Source: Chloroflexota bacterium (lineage in GTDB: Bacteria; Chloroflexota; Anaerolineae; Anaerolineales; UBA4823). From it: DNA of 33,593 nucleotides. The notes under the pieces were generated by a model, which saw nothing but the letters and a program-made list of their open reading frames with translations, ran no database searches and was not told where the DNA came from. The DNA is taken from the NCBI GenBank assembly GCA_046089985.1, contig JBJSYW010000533.1, positions 1 to 33,593 of the forward strand. The letters are read 5' to 3'. Both the position numbers and the translations under genes were made by a program. This document shows positions 32,401 through 33,593 of the stretch, piece by piece (the first letter of the stretch is position 1; every line of letters begins with the position of its first letter).

Positions 32401-32563
32401 GCCAGCCAGGCAGGCTGAACTCTTCCCCTCCGCCGGCCGGCTGGTCGGGGTTCAGGTCGCCCAGCCAGACCGGTTTGAGGCGCGCCTGGCAGAACTGGCA
32501 CACATCCCGGTCGGCCGGGTTGGGTTTTCCACACATCGGACAGCGCACGTCAGCCATGCTCAT
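29483..32563 (-). CDS. Zinc-ribbon protein with about 600-aa acidic PDW[LM]-repeat region and C-terminal TM-ectodomain-TM module
   Basis: 1026 aa. 'CPMC-x10-CQFC' spans residues 8-25. I hand-counted 26 copies of xPDW[LM]-type motifs between residues 51 and 645. TM helices lie at about 731-753 and 979-1001 and flank an alpha/beta-looking domain of about 225 aa. ATGA overlaps occur at both ends of the gene. Confidence 0.8.
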   Translation of the reverse strand: MSMADVRCPMCGKPNPADRDVCQFCQARLKPVWLGDLNPDQPAGGGEEFSLPGWLSDLRQPDNQPPGKPGSAAPGAQDGLPDWLSGLRSEPELPAENVPAQDAASDAPAGGGRDWLDEILGDAPGSAEEWDSPASGEYEDSAAGDWLSRIGGQEPASDKPGQAANGEADFLSQPIPDAADSGLPDWLNSTPAADDLPDWLKPEPGAAAPQPGPAAPDWMASASEAQPADELPDWMSSANEAPPSGGLPDWLSAGAASMSASSTDTPSLGAEVFPSAQPAQPSGDLPDWLNPPAQADLPDWLSGSGDAHLADDTPDWLKPEPAAPPTPGQADLPDWMASANASAPAELPDWMTGAGESAPAELPDWMASTDESAPGELPDWMAPAEASAPGGLPDWLSPAGAAAGAEVFPAAPQAEAPAQATELPDWMAAAGDEALSDWLTPSAGAAASPAAPDSAAADRAAPGAAPASSTAAGEVPDWLSAGGDAAWPGDEELDWLSSAADEAAETPGAAGEPAADAGLGAGEPSGAAELFETPDWLVQPDHGAALEPAAQPGMPDWMAAIAGATPGFSTAADGSALGEGDLSWLEQVQPEDGEAGDSASGDRVAELPAADVGLPTWVAQEPDEAGLAAAAPADLAPSELPGWLQAMRPVGAVGAAAAAADESEGVAGAGPLAGLRGALRAEPDISQATRPPAYTGRLVVSDLHRTQAELLGQLVAQEGQNPPPPGKPAITSLGVLRLAMAFLLILPVALSLFTGYPPAAAPAMAPEVATALELLRSVPPQSPVLLAVDYQPGYSGELDPIMQVVLRQLSERQAYLAMVSTLPTGPLQAEHLLAVSRQAQGPAWQSPQDYTNLGLVPGGASGLLAFAVCPAAVLPLDVNGEPVWQTQAGLRQPGGLAGFKLLIVAVDDPETARSWIEQVHRPLAGSLPLVVVSSAQAEPMVRPYYDAGQVQGLVSGLYGAAALEWATVQAGAGTRYWPAYTVGMLVAGVLMLVGILFNLISRWNANRKASRPADRPAAGSQGEAKS
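30629..32413 (-). repeat. Coding array of 26 dispersed PDW[LM]-type peptide motifs (DNA cores ccaGTCcggcag / ccaATCgggcag on the plus strand)
   Basis: There are 18 exact P-D-W-[LM] copies and 8 degenerate copies (LPGWL x2, RDWL, GDWL, LSDWL, ELDWL, LSWL, LPTWV). Spacers are 6-45 aa and rich in A/P/G/S/D/E. Synonymous codons differ among copies. Confidence 0.9.
31376..31573 (-). repeat. 45-bp (15-aa) periodic tandem block inside the PDW array
   Basis: Residues 331-396 read LPDWMA-SANASAPAE / LPDWMT-GAGESAPAE / LPDWMA-STDESAPGE / LPDWMA-PAEASAPGG / LPDWLS. The plus strand shows the recurring 'catccaRtcSggcagttc'. Confidence 0.85.
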
Positions 32564-33186
32564 CCACCGTACGGGCGGTCAGCGCCCATCAGAACGCGCA
32601 GACCGGCGGTAACCGATCCAAGCGCCACGCCCAGTAAAATACCGCGCGCCCCGGCCGTCGCCATGGCCTGCAGCAGCCAGACGCGCAGTTCGGTCACACC
32701 CGGCACACCCACCCCACCCAGGAAGAAGGTGGTCAGCAGCAGCACCAGCACCGTGGCGGCGAAAACCAGCGTAAACAGGTTGGCGCGCCGGTAGAGCATC
32801 CGCCCAACGGCGAACACCAGCACCACCGCCAGCAGCGCCAGCAGGCTGGACTCGACCGGCAGCAGCAGGTTCTGGTAAATCCAAACCGAAGGGGCGCTGG
32901 ATAAACCAAAAACCAGCCCCACCACCAGCGTGACCACCAGCGACAGCAGCAGCACCAGGCTGTAGAACAGACCAGGCTGACCGGTACGCACTTTCTTCCA
33001 ATGCACGCGGGCCAGGTTCAGCACACCCACCAGCAGGGCCGCTCCAGCCAGCAGCGTAGCCCAATCGACCAGCAGCACGCGGGCCGGCGTGAGCAGGGGC
33101 AGATCAATAAAATACGGCGCCAGCACAATCAACCCGCTGGCGATAGCGATCATCGCCAGCAGCGGGGCCTGCACCCGGCGGTTCAC
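32560..33186 (-). CDS. Polytopic integral membrane protein, uncharacterised
   Basis: 208 aa with a GTG start, and about 6 hydrophobic helices. It has a GTGA overlap with the upstream ORF and an ATGA overlap with the downstream giant gene. Confidence 0.65.
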   Translation of the reverse strand: MNRRVQAPLLAMIAIASGLIVLAPYFIDLPLLTPARVLLVDWATLLAGAALLVGVLNLARVHWKKVRTGQPGLFYSLVLLLSLVVTLVVGLVFGLSSAPSVWIYQNLLLPVESSLLALLAVVLVFAVGRMLYRRANLFTLVFAATVLVLLLTTFFLGGVGVPGVTELRVWLLQAMATAGARGILLGVALGSVTAGLRVLMGADRPYGG

Positions 33187-33593
33187 AGCACACCTGCCAG
33201 GCGCAGCAGTGCGCCGATGATCATCCCCAGCACCAGCAGCAGCCGCGCCACATCCTGCGCCTGCACGCTGGCGGTATGCGCCGCGCCCACCTGGGTGTAG
33301 GCGCCGGCGGCGTACAGTTCCTCACCCACCAGCGGCTCCTGCGCCAGGGCATACAGCACAGCCTGCGCTGCCAGGTTCTCCGAACCACCCAGGCTGGCGC
33401 CGCCGCTGCGTTCGGCTGCATCGGCGATCAGCGCCGCCTCTGCGCCAAACGAACCCGCCAGCATGTTCACTGACACCTGCTGGTCGTAGACCACCGGCAG
33501 CGCCCCGGCAGCATACGAGAACGGCGTCACCCCTGCCAGCATCCCGGCGTGCGGGTCATACTGGTCCTCGGCGTTGACCGCCTGGAAGGCGCT
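33183..33593 (-). CDS. Hypothetical (probably membrane-associated) protein, 5'-truncated by the window edge
   Basis: The reading frame stays open to the last base of the window ('SAFQAVNAEDQYDPHAGMLAGVTPF...'). It ends in a hydrophobic helix 'LLLVLGMIIGALLRLAGVL'. The listed ATG at 33542 is probably internal. Confidence 0.55.
   Translation of the reverse strand, partial: SAFQAVNAEDQYDPHAGMLAGVTPFSYAAGALPVVYDQQVSVNMLAGSFGAEAALIADAAERSGGASLGGSENLAAQAVLYALAQEPLVGEELYAAGAYTQVGAAHTASVQAQDVARLLLVLGMIIGALLRLAGVL

Noticed and set aside
30629-32413. Regularly recurring 12-nt cores ('ccagtccggcag' / 'ccaatcgggcag') that could be mistaken for a CRISPR or other non-coding repeat array.
   Set aside because: The repeats are only about 12-18 nt and spacers vary from 18 to about 135 nt. 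They lie in one uninterrupted 3-kb reading frame, always in the same codon phase, and always encode PDW[LM]. No cas genes are present.
1-33593. Mobile elements, prophage or genomic-island boundaries, tRNA/rRNA genes.
   Set aside because: I saw no integrase, transposase or recombinase-like ORF, no terminal inverted repeats, and no tRNA-like cloverleaf candidates in the short intergenic regions. I also saw no obvious compositional break, apart from small AT-rich promoter patches.

Overview
This is a GC-rich (roughly two-thirds G+C by eye, not computed), gene-dense bacterial chromosomal segment. I support 29 protein-coding genes. I found no rRNA, tRNA, CRISPR array, transposase or integrase. The left two-thirds (1-23.6 kb) is housekeeping or accessory metabolism. 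It holds a xanthine-dehydrogenase-family Mo subunit, a nitrilase, two tandem TrkA/KtrA-like RCK proteins, a YugP-type Zn peptidase and an S41 C-terminal processing peptidase. It also holds a YhhQ-type queuosine-precursor transporter, a lone CoA-transferase A-like subunit, a HAD nucleotidase-like hydrolase, endonuclease-type MutL, a sirtuin and a response regulator fused to a degenerate CpaE/MinD-like domain. The remaining genes there are TilS, a eukaryote-type long formate-THF ligase, a bacterial Elp3 diverging from a Trm9-like methyltransferase, a metallophosphoesterase, a DUF4349 lipoprotein, RsmG, RecF and Def. The right third (23.65-33.59 kb, minus strand) is the most interesting part. It is eight ORFs joined by start/stop overlaps or short spacers of 1-17 nt. 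They encode three uncharacterised membrane proteins and a 1026-aa zinc-ribbon protein carrying about 26 PDW[LM] short motifs plus a TM-ectodomain-TM module. They also encode a GlmL-type ASKHA (actin/Hsp70-fold) ATPase outside any glutamate-mutase context, an orphan barrel-sandwich/KOW-like protein, a Pro/Thr-rich protein with an MPQTG sortase-type sorting signal, and a cyclic-nucleotide-binding 2x bPH_2 membrane protein. I cannot map this ensemble to any described system and propose it as a candidate new envelope-associated machine. Other notable signals are perfect TATAAT boxes 6-9 nt from start codons that lack a Shine-Dalgarno, which implies leaderless mRNAs, and several long antisense shadow ORFs that I reject as coding. 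The taxon is only a guess: a Chloroflexota-like organism, based on a bacterial Elp3 and Pro/Thr linkers. All family calls come from reading motifs in the supplied translations. No database search was possible.
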